Made by a program: the position numbers and the translations under genes. A model generated the notes under the pieces. That model saw only the letters and a list, made by a program, of their open reading frames with translations, made no database searches and was not told the origin of the DNA. 64,000 bases of DNA from Vicinamibacterales bacterium (GTDB taxonomy: Bacteria; Acidobacteriota; Vicinamibacteria; Vicinamibacterales; UBA8438): NCBI GenBank assembly GCA_965222905.1, contig OZ244976.1, positions 2,570,012 to 2,634,011 on the forward strand, given 5' to 3'. Numbering within the stretch: the first letter of the stretch is position 1; each line of letters begins with the position of its first letter. This document shows positions 32,625 to 42,194 of this stretch, piece after piece.

Positions 32625-35600
32625 ATGAAGAAGCCTGTTGGCGCTCGCTTCGTTCGCCGCGGGCCGCGTATTCCGGTCCTCCTCGCGGTGCTCGGCTGTT
32701 CCATGGTCGCGACCGGCCGGGTAGCAGCCCTCGATGTCGGCGTTTCAAGCGTCGGTTGCGCACAGGGGGCTTTGGCGGCGCCGTGTATCGATGCACCGGT
32801 CGGCGGTGGGCAGCGGCGAGCAGCGTCACCTCACGGTCAGGCGGCGCCGGTTGGGCGGGCGTCAGCCGGTATCGTCACGGTCGAGCCGTTCACCAATATC
32901 TCGCAGGACCCGGCGGACGCCTGGCTGGGCGTGGGCATCGCCGAGACGGTTGCGACCGATCTCGATGGACTGGGCCTGGCAGTGGTTGCCGCGCGCGGCG
33001 CGGGGGCAGGGCAGGGGGCGCGCTGGGTGGTGGCCGGCGGCTACCAGCGGTTGGGAGCGCGACTGCGGATCACGGCGCGGCTGGTGGAGGTGGACACCGG
33101 GGCAGTCGTGCGGTCCGTGCGCATCGACGGCGCGCTCGACGAGATCTTCGCTCTGCAGGATCGCATCGTCGCCGAGTTGACGGCAGGCGTCGATCTGGCA
33201 TCCGATGCGGCGCAACCTGGCGATGATCGTGCGAGGCCCGGTGCAATGCCCGCACCGGCCGACGTCATCGAAGGGATCATCCTGCCGCGCCCGATCGCCG
33301 ATGACGTGAGAGCGCCACCGACCGGTGCGCCGGGGTCGGCTTCGCTGCCGCCGGAGGACCGGGCGGTTGCAGCCGGGCCTGCCGCAGGTGGCGGCGGGAC
33401 CGTCCCGGCCGGGCTCGGCGTACCGACCGGCGCCGCACCGGCCGCCGGCATCCTGACCGGCCGCCCCAGCCTGGAGCCGTCGCGGACGGCGGACCCGCCC
33501 CGGATCGACGGCCGCCTCGACGATGCCGTCTGGAGCCGGGCGACGCGCGTCACCGAGTTCGTGCAGCAGACTCCGCTCGACGGCGCGCCGGCGACGGAGG
33601 CGACCGTGCTCTACCTCGCCTACGACACGCAGAACCTCTACTTCGGCATGCAGGTCCGCTACTCCGATCCGGCGCTCATCCGCGCGAACCGGTCCGATCG
33701 CGACCAGACCTTCAGCGACGACACGATCACGCTCTATTTCGATCCGTTCCTCGATCAGCAGCGCGCGTACGTCTTCTCCGTCAACGGCTACGGAGTGCAG
33801 AGCGACGCGATCCTCGACTCGAGCACGCAGGCGGGGGGAATGGGCGGCGGCGGCGGTCGCCGCGGCGGCGGCGGCGGCGGGCGGCCGGGGAGCGGCGGCG
33901 GGTCTTCGGGGGGCGGTCGCCGCGGTGGGATGAGCGCGTCGCTGGCTGCCGCGCTGGGCGGTGCGCCGACCGGCGATTCTTCCTGGGACGCACTGTTCGA
34001 ATCGAGCGGCACGCTGGTCGACGACGGCTGGACGGCCGAGATGGCGATCCCGTTCAAGAGCCTGCGCTACCCGTCGCGTGGACGGGGCGAGCGCCACCGC
34101 TGGGGTTTTCAGGTCGTCCGCTCCATAGGGAGCAAGAACGAGACCGACGTCTGGGCGCCGATCTCACGCGACGTCGCCGGCTTCCTGCCGCAGATGGGGC
34201 TGCTCGACGGCCTGACCGACCTCTCGACCAGCCGCAACCTGGAGATCCTGCCGACGGTCACCGCCGTCCAGTTCGGGTCGCTCGATACGGAGACCGGCGC
34301 CTTCGACGCCGGCGAACCCGATCCGGAGGGCGGCGTGAACGTCAAATACGGTGTGACCCCCAACCTGACGTTCGACTACACCTACAATCCCGACTTCTCG
34401 CAGATCGAGTCCGACATTCCGCAGATCGAGGTCAACCAGCGGTTCCCGCTCTTCTACCCCGAGCTGCGGCCGTTCTTCCTGGAGGGGCAGGAGATCTTCC
34501 AGGTGCCGGGGCAGGTCAACCTCGTCCACACCCGCACGATCGTCGATCCCCGCCAGGGCGCCAAGCTGACCGGCAAGGCGGGCAACACCACGGTCGGCGT
34601 GCTGGTCGCCAACGACGAGGCCCCGGGCCTGGTGGAGGACGTCCACCCCGACCTGTCCGGACGGACCGCCCAGGTGGCCATCGCGCGGGCGCGCTACGAC
34701 CTGTACGCCGAGTCGTACCTCGGGGTCATTGCGACGGACCGCGAGTTCGGCGACGGTTACAGCCGGGTGGGCGGGGTGGACGGCCGGTTCCGGCTCGGGC
34801 GTACCTCGTCGGTGAGCTTCCAGGCCGCCGCGTCGCAGCACCGCAACGAGACCGACGGCGAGCACTCGGGGCCGATCTTCCACCTCGCCTACGACCGGGT
34901 GGGGCGCAATCTCAGCTACTCGGCCGCCGTCGACAGCGTCGACCCCGGCTTCCGCACCGACACCGGCTTCGTGCAACGCGTCGACACCCGCGTGGCGCAG
35001 GCCAACGTCTCCTACCGCTGGTGGCCGGAGAACTGGCTGGTCAACTGGGGGCCGCTCGCCGGCTACAGCCGCAACTTCGACTTCGAGGGGATCCTGCAGG
35101 ACGAGCAGGCCAACGTCGGCGTGCGCGGGGTGACGAAGAACAGCATCATCTGGTTCGCGATGGCCAACCGCGACATGGAGCGCTACGAGGGTATCGAGTT
35201 CTTCAAGACGACCGCCTTCCTGGGGGGCGGCTTCGCGGCCAGCCGGCGGCTGTCGGCCGGGGGCTTCTTCAACTGGGGCGACCAGGTCCGCTACGGCGAC
35301 GACCCGTTCCTGGGCAGCGGCGCGACCGCCACGCTCTTCGCCGCGATCAGGCCCATGTCGCGGCTGAACGCCGACCTGAACTTCATCACCAGCCGGCTCT
35401 ACGATCCGCGCACGAGCGAGCAGGTCTTCGACGTCAAGATCTACCGCGCGCTCACCACCTACCAGTTCACCAACCGGCTGCTGCTCCGCAATATCCTGGA
35501 GTACAACGCGTTCAGCGGCACCCTGGCCGCGAACCTGCTCTTCACCTACCGGGTCAACGCCGGGACCGTCTTCTTCGTCGGCTACGACGACCACTACCAG

Positions 35601-35699
35601 CAGGGCGACCTGATCGACAGCACGATCTTCCCGACGATGCGCTTCGAGCAGACGAACCGCGCGATCTTCACGAAGCTGTCGTACCTGTTCCGCTTCTGA
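32625..35699 (+). CDS. large outer-membrane protein: TolB-N-like domain + CBM9/DOMON-like domain + DUF5916-like beta-barrel
   Basis: Signal peptide; 'FTNISQDPADAWLGVGIAETVATDL...RITARLVEVDTG'; 'PPRIDGRLDDAVWSRATRVTEF' (CBM9-like); a Gly/Arg-rich insert; C-terminal 'FTKLSYLFRF' (OM barrel signature). Confidence 0.65.
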   Translation: MKKPVGARFVRRGPRIPVLLAVLGCSMVATGRVAALDVGVSSVGCAQGALAAPCIDAPVGGGQRRAASPHGQAAPVGRASAGIVTVEPFTNISQDPADAWLGVGIAETVATDLDGLGLAVVAARGAGAGQGARWVVAGGYQRLGARLRITARLVEVDTGAVVRSVRIDGALDEIFALQDRIVAELTAGVDLASDAAQPGDDRARPGAMPAPADVIEGIILPRPIADDVRAPPTGAPGSASLPPEDRAVAAGPAAGGGGTVPAGLGVPTGAAPAAGILTGRPSLEPSRTADPPRIDGRLDDAVWSRATRVTEFVQQTPLDGAPATEATVLYLAYDTQNLYFGMQVRYSDPALIRANRSDRDQTFSDDTITLYFDPFLDQQRAYVFSVNGYGVQSDAILDSSTQAGGMGGGGGRRGGGGGGRPGSGGGSSGGGRRGGMSASLAAALGGAPTGDSSWDALFESSGTLVDDGWTAEMAIPFKSLRYPSRGRGERHRWGFQVVRSIGSKNETDVWAPISRDVAGFLPQMGLLDGLTDLSTSRNLEILPTVTAVQFGSLDTETGAFDAGEPDPEGGVNVKYGVTPNLTFDYTYNPDFSQIESDIPQIEVNQRFPLFYPELRPFFLEGQEIFQVPGQVNLVHTRTIVDPRQGAKLTGKAGNTTVGVLVANDEAPGLVEDVHPDLSGRTAQVAIARARYDLYAESYLGVIATDREFGDGYSRVGGVDGRFRLGRTSSVSFQAAASQHRNETDGEHSGPIFHLAYDRVGRNLSYSAAVDSVDPGFRTDTGFVQRVDTRVAQANVSYRWWPENWLVNWGPLAGYSRNFDFEGILQDEQANVGVRGVTKNSIIWFAMANRDMERYEGIEFFKTTAFLGGGFAASRRLSAGGFFNWGDQVRYGDDPFLGSGATATLFAAIRPMSRLNADLNFITSRLYDPRTSEQVFDVKIYRALTTYQFTNRLLLRNILEYNAFSGTLAANLLFTYRVNAGTVFFVGYDDHYQQGDLIDSTIFPTMRFEQTNRAIFTKLSYLFRF

Positions 35700-35709
35700 G
35701 GAGGCCGTC

Positions 35710-36501
35710 GTGACCGCGCTCTCGGTCAACGTCAACAAGATCGCCTGGCTGCGCAACTCGCGCGAGGGCGCCCGGCCGAGCGTCCTCGAGGCGGCGCGTA
35801 CCGCCATCGCGGCCGGCGCGCACGGCATCACCGTCCACCCGCGTCCCGATCAGCGCCACATCCGCCCGGCCGACGTGGAGGCGCTGGCCGCGTTCCTGGC
35901 CGCCGAGGCGCCGCACATCGAGTTCAACATCGAGGGCAACCCGGCCGCCGGCCCGCGCGGCAACGGCTACCCGGGCTTCGACCGTCTGATCGAGACGGCG
36001 CGCCCGTCACAGGCGACGCTGGTCCCGGACGCCGACGCGCAGCTCACCTCCGACCACGGCTGGGACCTGTCCGAACCCGAGGCAGCCCGATTCGTGCGGG
36101 AGGTCGCCGCCCGTTACCGGGGCTGGGGCGTGCGCGTCAGCCTGTTCATGGACCCGGTCGCCGAGCAGATCGCCCGCGCGAAGGAGTGCGGCGCGGATCG
36201 CGTCGAGCTCTACACCGGCCCCTACGCCGACCTCGTCGAGCGTCACGGGCAGGCACATCCGAAGACTCGAGCGAGCCTGGACGCCTACGCACGCGCCGCG
36301 CGGTACGCGAGCGAGATCGGGCTCGGGGTCAACGCCGGCCACGACCTGAACCTGGACAACCTCGCCGCGTTCATCGCCGTCGGGGGGATCGCCGAGGTCT
36401 CCATCGGCCACGCGCTGATCGCCGACGCGCTGGAGATGGGGCTGTCGACCGCGGTGCGGCGGTACCTCGATGCCCTCGCGGCCGGCGCCGCCCGCGGGTG
36501 A
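35710..36501 (+). CDS. pdxJ: pyridoxine 5'-phosphate synthase
   Basis: 'LSVNVNKIAWLRNSR', 'GITVHPRPDQRHI' and 'EVSIGHALIADAL' are canonical PdxJ motifs. GTG start, 11 nt after the previous stop. Confidence 0.9.
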   Translation: MTALSVNVNKIAWLRNSREGARPSVLEAARTAIAAGAHGITVHPRPDQRHIRPADVEALAAFLAAEAPHIEFNIEGNPAAGPRGNGYPGFDRLIETARPSQATLVPDADAQLTSDHGWDLSEPEAARFVREVAARYRGWGVRVSLFMDPVAEQIARAKECGADRVELYTGPYADLVERHGQAHPKTRASLDAYARAARYASEIGLGVNAGHDLNLDNLAAFIAVGGIAEVSIGHALIADALEMGLSTAVRRYLDALAAGAARG

Positions 36502-36530
36502 CCTTGCCGGCGAGCACGTACCGACGACCG

Positions 36531-38351
36531 ATGGAACGTGCTATTTTCGATTCCGGCGCTCACCCGCACGAGGACGCATCGATGGCCGTCGCCTACCCCC
36601 CCATCCCCTACGGCGATGCCGACTTCAAGCGGATCCGGCTGACCGGCTCGCTCTACGTCGACAAGACCCGCTTCCTGCGGCGGCTGGAGCGCGTGCGTTT
36701 CGCCGTGCTGATCCGTCCCCGGCGGTTCGGCAAGTCCTGCTGGATATCCCTGCTGGAGCACTACTACGACCGGACCCGCGGCGACGCCTTCGACACCGTG
36801 TTCGGCGGCACCGACATCGCCCGGCAGCCGACGGACGAGCGGAATCGCTACGTCGTGCTGCGCTTCAATTTCTCCGCCTTCAACGACACTCTGAAGATGC
36901 TCGAACGCAACTTCGAGGAGTACTGCCGGTTGGAGATCCGGCACGCGTTGGAGCGCAATCCGGATCTGTTCCCCGAGCCGGCGCTGGAACGCATCCTGGC
37001 GCCGGACTTCGTTGCCGGCATACTGAACGAGCTGTTCGCCTACGCCGGTGACCACGGCGTCGCACTGTACGTGCTGATCGACGAGTACGACAACTTCGCC
37101 AACACCATTCTCGCGCACCACGGCGAGGCGGCCTACCGCGGCATCACCCACGGCGGCGGCTTCTACCGCAACTTCTTCGCCACCTTGAAGGCCGGGGCGG
37201 AGCGGAGCGACGGCGGCATCGCGCGGCTGTTCATCACCGGCGTGTCGCCGATCACGCTCGACGACGTGACCAGCGGCTTCAACATCGGCGAGAACATCAG
37301 CCTGGACGCCGACTTCAACGAGCTGCTCGGCTTCACCGAGCCGGAGGTGCGCGGGCTGCTGGAGACCTACCGCGACCTCGGCGTGCTCGACCACGACGTG
37401 GACGAGGCGCTGGACACGATGCGGGACTGGTACGACGGCTACCGCTTCGCAGCCTCCGCCCAACGTAGCGTCTACAACACCGACATGGTGCTCTACTACC
37501 TGTCCAAGTCGATTCCGAACCGGCCCCCGCCGGACTATCTGATCGACATGAACGTGCGCGTGGACTACGGCAAGCTGCGCCATCTGCTGGTGGTCGGCCG
37601 GCAGCTCAACGGCAACTTCGATCTGCTGCGCCACGTCGCCGGCGAGGAGCGGGTGGCGTGCGACATCCAGCCCGGCTTCCCGCTCGAACGGTTGACCCGG
37701 CGGGAGAACTTCCTGTCGCTGCTGCATTTCTTCGGCCTGTTGAGCATCCGCGAGGTCGCCGACGGCCGGCCGGTGCTGGCCATTCCCAACCAGACGGTCC
37801 GGAGACTGTTGTACGGATTCCTGCGCGACGCCTACGACGACGTGGGGACGTTCGCGGTCGACCTGTTCGCGTTCGACCAACTGATGAGCGCGATGGCCAA
37901 CGCCGGCACGTGGCGACCGGTGTTCGAGTTCCTGCGCGACGCCGTTGCCGCGCAGACCGGCATTCGCGACTACATCGCCGGCGAGAAGGTGTTGCAGGGA
38001 TTCCTGGCGGCGTATCTGAGCGTCTGTCCCTACTTCGTCTTCCGCTCGGAGGCCGAGCTCGGCAAGGGCTATGCGGACATCGCACTGGAGCCGCTGCTGG
38101 CGCGGTATCCGCATCTGCGGCGCGGCTACCTGATCGAGCTGAAGTACCTCAAGCGGAGGGATCCGCCGAATCCCGGCCAACTGGACGCAGCGGCGCAGGC
38201 GGCCGCCGCGCAGCTCCGCGGCTATCTCGCCGACGACCGGCTGGCGCGGCAGTACCCGGCCGTGCGCTTCATCGGCCTGGTCCTCGTCTTCCACGGCTGG
38301 GAGCTGGTATACAGCGACGCCGTCGAGCTCGAATCGGTCACGGAGAGTTGA
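36531..38351 (+). CDS. AAA-ATPase-like protein with C-terminal PD-(D/E)XK nuclease domain (AAA-ATPase_like/PDDEXK_9 type)
   Basis: 'IPYGDADFKRIR..YVDKTRFL', P-loop-like 'RPRRFGKSCW', Walker-B-like 'YVLIDEYD', and the C-terminus 'GYADIALEP...GYLIELKYLK' (D...ExK). Confidence 0.75.
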   Translation: MERAIFDSGAHPHEDASMAVAYPPIPYGDADFKRIRLTGSLYVDKTRFLRRLERVRFAVLIRPRRFGKSCWISLLEHYYDRTRGDAFDTVFGGTDIARQPTDERNRYVVLRFNFSAFNDTLKMLERNFEEYCRLEIRHALERNPDLFPEPALERILAPDFVAGILNELFAYAGDHGVALYVLIDEYDNFANTILAHHGEAAYRGITHGGGFYRNFFATLKAGAERSDGGIARLFITGVSPITLDDVTSGFNIGENISLDADFNELLGFTEPEVRGLLETYRDLGVLDHDVDEALDTMRDWYDGYRFAASAQRSVYNTDMVLYYLSKSIPNRPPPDYLIDMNVRVDYGKLRHLLVVGRQLNGNFDLLRHVAGEERVACDIQPGFPLERLTRRENFLSLLHFFGLLSIREVADGRPVLAIPNQTVRRLLYGFLRDAYDDVGTFAVDLFAFDQLMSAMANAGTWRPVFEFLRDAVAAQTGIRDYIAGEKVLQGFLAAYLSVCPYFVFRSEAELGKGYADIALEPLLARYPHLRRGYLIELKYLKRRDPPNPGQLDAAAQAAAAQLRGYLADDRLARQYPAVRFIGLVLVFHGWELVYSDAVELESVTES

Positions 38352-38413
38352 CACTCTGTCCGGGGCCTGCTGGATTTCGCCGGTTGGCGGCGCTCCGCAT
38401 AGTCGGCGCAACA

Positions 38414-39919
38414 TCAGCCCCCCAGCGCATAGTCTTCGACGAGTTCGATGCCGCTGCGTACGGACGAACTCGCATTCACGACGTAGATGAAGCTCTGTCT
38501 TGCCCATGCGAGGCGCAGGGCACTGAACAACAGCGCGTGAAGATAACTCTGGGTGACGATGTCCATTCCGCCGAAGTCCAGAACAATCGGTTCCTTCCTG
38601 AGAATCCTCGGCTCCAATTGCTCCCGGGCAAGTTTCTCGGCAAGTTCGGTGTTCTCCGAAGCGTACCGGACCACGAAGACAGCAGCATCGCTCGGTGACT
38701 CCTCGTAGCGAATCCAGTGGTGCCGCGCGCGTTTGGGCGTCCGCTCGCGGGCGCGCTTCTGGATCGTCTCGATCAGATCGTCGTAGCTCCCGACCGATTC
38801 GACAGGAAGCTCGAAAGCGACCAGTGTGCCCGGATAGCCCAGTCCGTCAGGCTTCAGGAAGCGCAGGTCATGATTGTCGCCGGCCTCCGGGTCCGCGGTG
38901 AGCAACAAGGCCGCATCGCGTGAGGCCAGCAGAAGTCTGCCGCCGGTCAGCTTCGCCATCTCGGAAATGAAGAAGAGCCCAAGCCCGGCGTTCTGCTGCG
39001 ATCCGGAGAGCCCCTCCACGAAGGTGCCGGAGATGCGGGGCCAGAGCGCCTTCTCCAGGGCCTCGCGATTGTCGCGGAGCTCGGAGTGCTTCTCGATCAT
39101 GGCGTCGAAGATACCCACGCCGGTGTCCGCCACCGCGACCTGGAGAGATTGGCCGTCCATGTTGTCCATGCGTTGGGCCGCTACTACCCCGCCCAACCTG
39201 TCATTGCTGTGCTGAATCACGTTTCGCAACAGTTCGACGATGACGTACTTCATGGTGAGGCGGGTATCTCTGCCCTCGTCGCTCCGCACGAGCAGGGCCG
39301 AAACCTCGCTGGCGGCCGCTTCGATTTCAGCGAAGGCCGTGACCCGGCGGAGCTTGGCCGTCCGCCCGGCTTCGCCGGGAGCCGCCGGGGACACGCCCCG
39401 GACGAGGTCGGACGCGCCGATGGCGAGGGCGAATCTCCCTGCCGCGCTCGCCTTATAGTTCGTCAGGGTGAGCCGGTCGTTCAACTCGGCACGGGCCAGC
39501 GCGCTCGTCGCGACGATTCCCCACACCTCGAACTTCGAGACGCGGGCGAAACTCAGCACTCGGCTGTGGTTCCGATGCAGCCAATCGAACAGCGGGGCGG
39601 GATCGTCCAGTCCGATGGCGGATGGTGGGGGTTCGACGTCCGGTGCGTCAGGCGTCGCGTCCGCGTCGGCAGGTCGCTGCGCTCGGATGGCCGGACGGAG
39701 CGCCTGTGTGTCCGCTCCCTTCCGAACCGCGGGGCAAGACTCGAACCGCAACCTCCACAAGCGTTCTGCCAGCGCGGAGTCCGGATCTTCCGATCTCATC
39801 CGACGAGTGAGTTCCTTCCGTATGAATTGCGATGTCAGGTGGCGCAGAATCTCGTCGCTGGCTGGCGTGTCGTCCTCGCGAAGTGCCTCCAGTGCTCTCG
39901 ATACGGCCTTCCTGGACAT
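38414..39919 (-). CDS. GHKL-type (RsbW/SpoIIAB-like) ATPase/kinase domain fused to a STAS-like (DUF4325-type) C-terminal domain
   Basis: N-box 'VELLRNVIQHS', G1 'VADTGVGI', G2 'NAGLGLFF'. C-terminus 'IVLDFGGMDIVTQSYLHALLFSAL' is STAS-like. The N-terminal ~230 aa are unassigned. GC is lower than in the neighbours. Confidence 0.6.
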   Translation of the reverse strand: MSRKAVSRALEALREDDTPASDEILRHLTSQFIRKELTRRMRSEDPDSALAERLWRLRFESCPAVRKGADTQALRPAIRAQRPADADATPDAPDVEPPPSAIGLDDPAPLFDWLHRNHSRVLSFARVSKFEVWGIVATSALARAELNDRLTLTNYKASAAGRFALAIGASDLVRGVSPAAPGEAGRTAKLRRVTAFAEIEAAASEVSALLVRSDEGRDTRLTMKYVIVELLRNVIQHSNDRLGGVVAAQRMDNMDGQSLQVAVADTGVGIFDAMIEKHSELRDNREALEKALWPRISGTFVEGLSGSQQNAGLGLFFISEMAKLTGGRLLLASRDAALLLTADPEAGDNHDLRFLKPDGLGYPGTLVAFELPVESVGSYDDLIETIQKRARERTPKRARHHWIRYEESPSDAAVFVVRYASENTELAEKLAREQLEPRILRKEPIVLDFGGMDIVTQSYLHALLFSALRLAWARQSFIYVVNASSSVRSGIELVEDYALGG

Positions 39920-40015
39920 GGGTGGGACTCGACATTGTTAGCAGAGCCAACAGACCCGTCGGCCTCAAACGGACGCCCACAGCGGCGGACGGCGGACGCG
40001 GGAGACCCGCCGCCG

Positions 40016-42139
40016 TCACTCCGGCAGCGCAAAGGCGACCAGGCGCGGACCGCCGCCGACGGTCAGCGCGATGTACTGCCGGCCGTCGAGCAGGTAGGTC
40101 ATCGGCGTCCCGATGGCGCCGCTCGGCAGATCCACCGACGCCAGCTCGGTTCCGTCCGCCTTGTCGTAGGCGACCAGCCGCGGGCCGTTGTTCGAGCCGC
40201 CGGCGGTGAGGCAGTAGATGAGCAGCGTCTTCGTCAGCAGCGGGCCGTTGCTGCCGTTGTCGCCGCCGAGCGGCGGCAGGTTCAGGTGCCGCAGGCGCGG
40301 GTGGTTGCGGTAACGGTCGCCGTTGCCGGTCGGTACCCACCAGGCGTGCTCGCCGGTGTTCAGGTCGATGGCCGTCATCCGCGAGTAGGGCGGCTTGACG
40401 AGCGGCAGCCCCTGCGGCATCTGCGGCTCACGACGGATGTCGCCGCCCCTGGCGAGCCGCTCCTCCTCCGGCGCGCCGTGGGTGTAGGCGACGGTGGCGC
40501 CGAGCGCCGGGTCGGGAGCATAGAGCGACATTACCGCCGTCCGGTTGCGTGACGGGACATAGAGCATGCCGGTCTCCGGATCGACGGCAGCCCCGGCCCA
40601 TCCGGCCGTACCCCCCGGCGGCGGGCGCATGACGGTGCCGTACGTGACTCCCTCGATGGGCCGATCCAGCGGCGTGAACAGCGGTCCGAGTCGGAAGCCC
40701 GCGACCGCGTCGATAGCCATCTGCCGGATCTCCGGCGTGAAGTCGACGAGGTCGTCGATGGTGACCCCCTGGTAGTCGAACGGCGCCGGCCTCGTCGGGA
40801 ACGGCTGGGTGGGCGACGGCACCTCGCCCGGCATGTTCGTCTCCGTCGGCACCGGGCGCTCCTCGATCGGCCAGATCGGATCGCCGGTCACGCGGTCGAA
40901 CACGTAGACGAAGCCCTGCTTGCTCACCTGCGCGATCGCCTTGATCGGGCGGCCGTCCACTACCACGTCGACCAGGTTCGGATGCGTGGGGAAGTCGTAG
41001 TCCCACAGCCCGTGGTGGACCGCCTGGAAGTGCCACTCGCGCTGCCCGGTCTCGACGTCGACCGCGATCAGCGTCTCCGAGAACAGGTTGTCGCCGAGCC
41101 GGTCGGCCCCGTAGTAGTCGTTGGTCGTCGTGCCGGTCGGCAGGTACACGTGGCCGAGCTCGTTGTCGCCGGCGAGCATCGACCAGACGTTGGCGTTCCC
41201 GGAATAGCGCCACGAGTCGTTCAGCCACGTGTCGACGCCGAACTCGTCGGCGCCGTTCGGCACCGTGTGGAAGTCCCAGGCGTGCTCGCCGGTCCGGACG
41301 TCCCAGGCGCGCACCCAGCCCGGCACCGCCTCCTTGGTGATGCGCCGGTCGGCGACATGCGAGCCGTGGATCACCTTGTCGCGGACCACGATCGGCGGCG
41401 AGTGGATCCCGTAGAGCAGGGCATTCAGGTAGTCGCGCTCGCCGCGGGTCGCCCGCGGCAGGCCGACCATCGCGTCGACCATGCCGCTGCCGTCGGGCCC
41501 GAAGTCGGCGCACGGCCGTCCGGTCCTGGCGTCGGCGCAGACGACGTAGCCGTTTCCGGTTCCCCAGAAGATCCGCTCGTCCCCGTCGCCGTCGGTCCAG
41601 TAGGCGACGCCCCGCTGGCGCCACGTCCCGGTCATCGTGGTCGTGCCCTCTTCGTAGCTCTTCGGGTTGAAGACCCAGAGCGTCTCGCCGGTCTTCGCAT
41701 CGACCGCGACCCCCTGCGACAGCGGCGTGTTGAAGTAGAGCATCCCGCCCACCATCAGCGGCGTGGCCTGGAACCCGGTCGGATTCGGCAGGTGGCCGGT
41801 CCGGTAGAGATCGGGCGTCTCCTCGACGAGCGCCTCGACGATGGCGTCGAGCGGCGCAGACCACTCGCCGCCTCCCGGCGTGGTCTTGCTGACGCGGTGG
41901 TCGACCGAGGTCCACTCCCAGACCAGCTCCAGGTCGGCGAAGTTGCCCGCATCGATCTGGTCGAGCGGCGAGTATTTCTTCCCGCCGACGTCGCCGGCGT
42001 AGCTGCGCCACTCGCCGTTCGAGGTGTCGTAGATCTGCCATGGCCCGGCCGCAGCGTCCTGCTGTGCGTGGGCGGCGGTGGGTGTCCAGACCGGTGTGGC
42101 GAGCAGGAACATCAAAACGAGAGGAAGTGACTGGCGCAT
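40016..42139 (-). CDS. soluble PQQ-dependent dehydrogenase (quinoprotein glucose/sugar dehydrogenase family), copy 1
   Basis: 707 aa with a signal peptide. 'WRSYAGDVGGKKYSPLDQI' is the typical quinoprotein N-terminal motif, followed by repeated W-containing propeller blades. Start at ATG 42139. Confidence 0.85.
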   Translation of the reverse strand: MRQSLPLVLMFLLATPVWTPTAAHAQQDAAAGPWQIYDTSNGEWRSYAGDVGGKKYSPLDQIDAGNFADLELVWEWTSVDHRVSKTTPGGGEWSAPLDAIVEALVEETPDLYRTGHLPNPTGFQATPLMVGGMLYFNTPLSQGVAVDAKTGETLWVFNPKSYEEGTTTMTGTWRQRGVAYWTDGDGDERIFWGTGNGYVVCADARTGRPCADFGPDGSGMVDAMVGLPRATRGERDYLNALLYGIHSPPIVVRDKVIHGSHVADRRITKEAVPGWVRAWDVRTGEHAWDFHTVPNGADEFGVDTWLNDSWRYSGNANVWSMLAGDNELGHVYLPTGTTTNDYYGADRLGDNLFSETLIAVDVETGQREWHFQAVHHGLWDYDFPTHPNLVDVVVDGRPIKAIAQVSKQGFVYVFDRVTGDPIWPIEERPVPTETNMPGEVPSPTQPFPTRPAPFDYQGVTIDDLVDFTPEIRQMAIDAVAGFRLGPLFTPLDRPIEGVTYGTVMRPPPGGTAGWAGAAVDPETGMLYVPSRNRTAVMSLYAPDPALGATVAYTHGAPEEERLARGGDIRREPQMPQGLPLVKPPYSRMTAIDLNTGEHAWWVPTGNGDRYRNHPRLRHLNLPPLGGDNGSNGPLLTKTLLIYCLTAGGSNNGPRLVAYDKADGTELASVDLPSGAIGTPMTYLLDGRQYIALTVGGGPRLVAFALPE

Positions 42140-42194
42140 GGTGAACCTCGGTATCTGCAGCGGTTGTCTTCGCGCGCGAGCGGACTCTTCGAGA

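Noticed and set aside
34164-38507. 555-aa and 740-aa minus-strand ORFs
   Set aside because: They are antisense to the DUF5916-like, pdxJ and AAA/PD-(D/E)XK genes. Val/Asp/Arg/Gly-rich mirror composition is typical of antisense GC-rich coding DNA.
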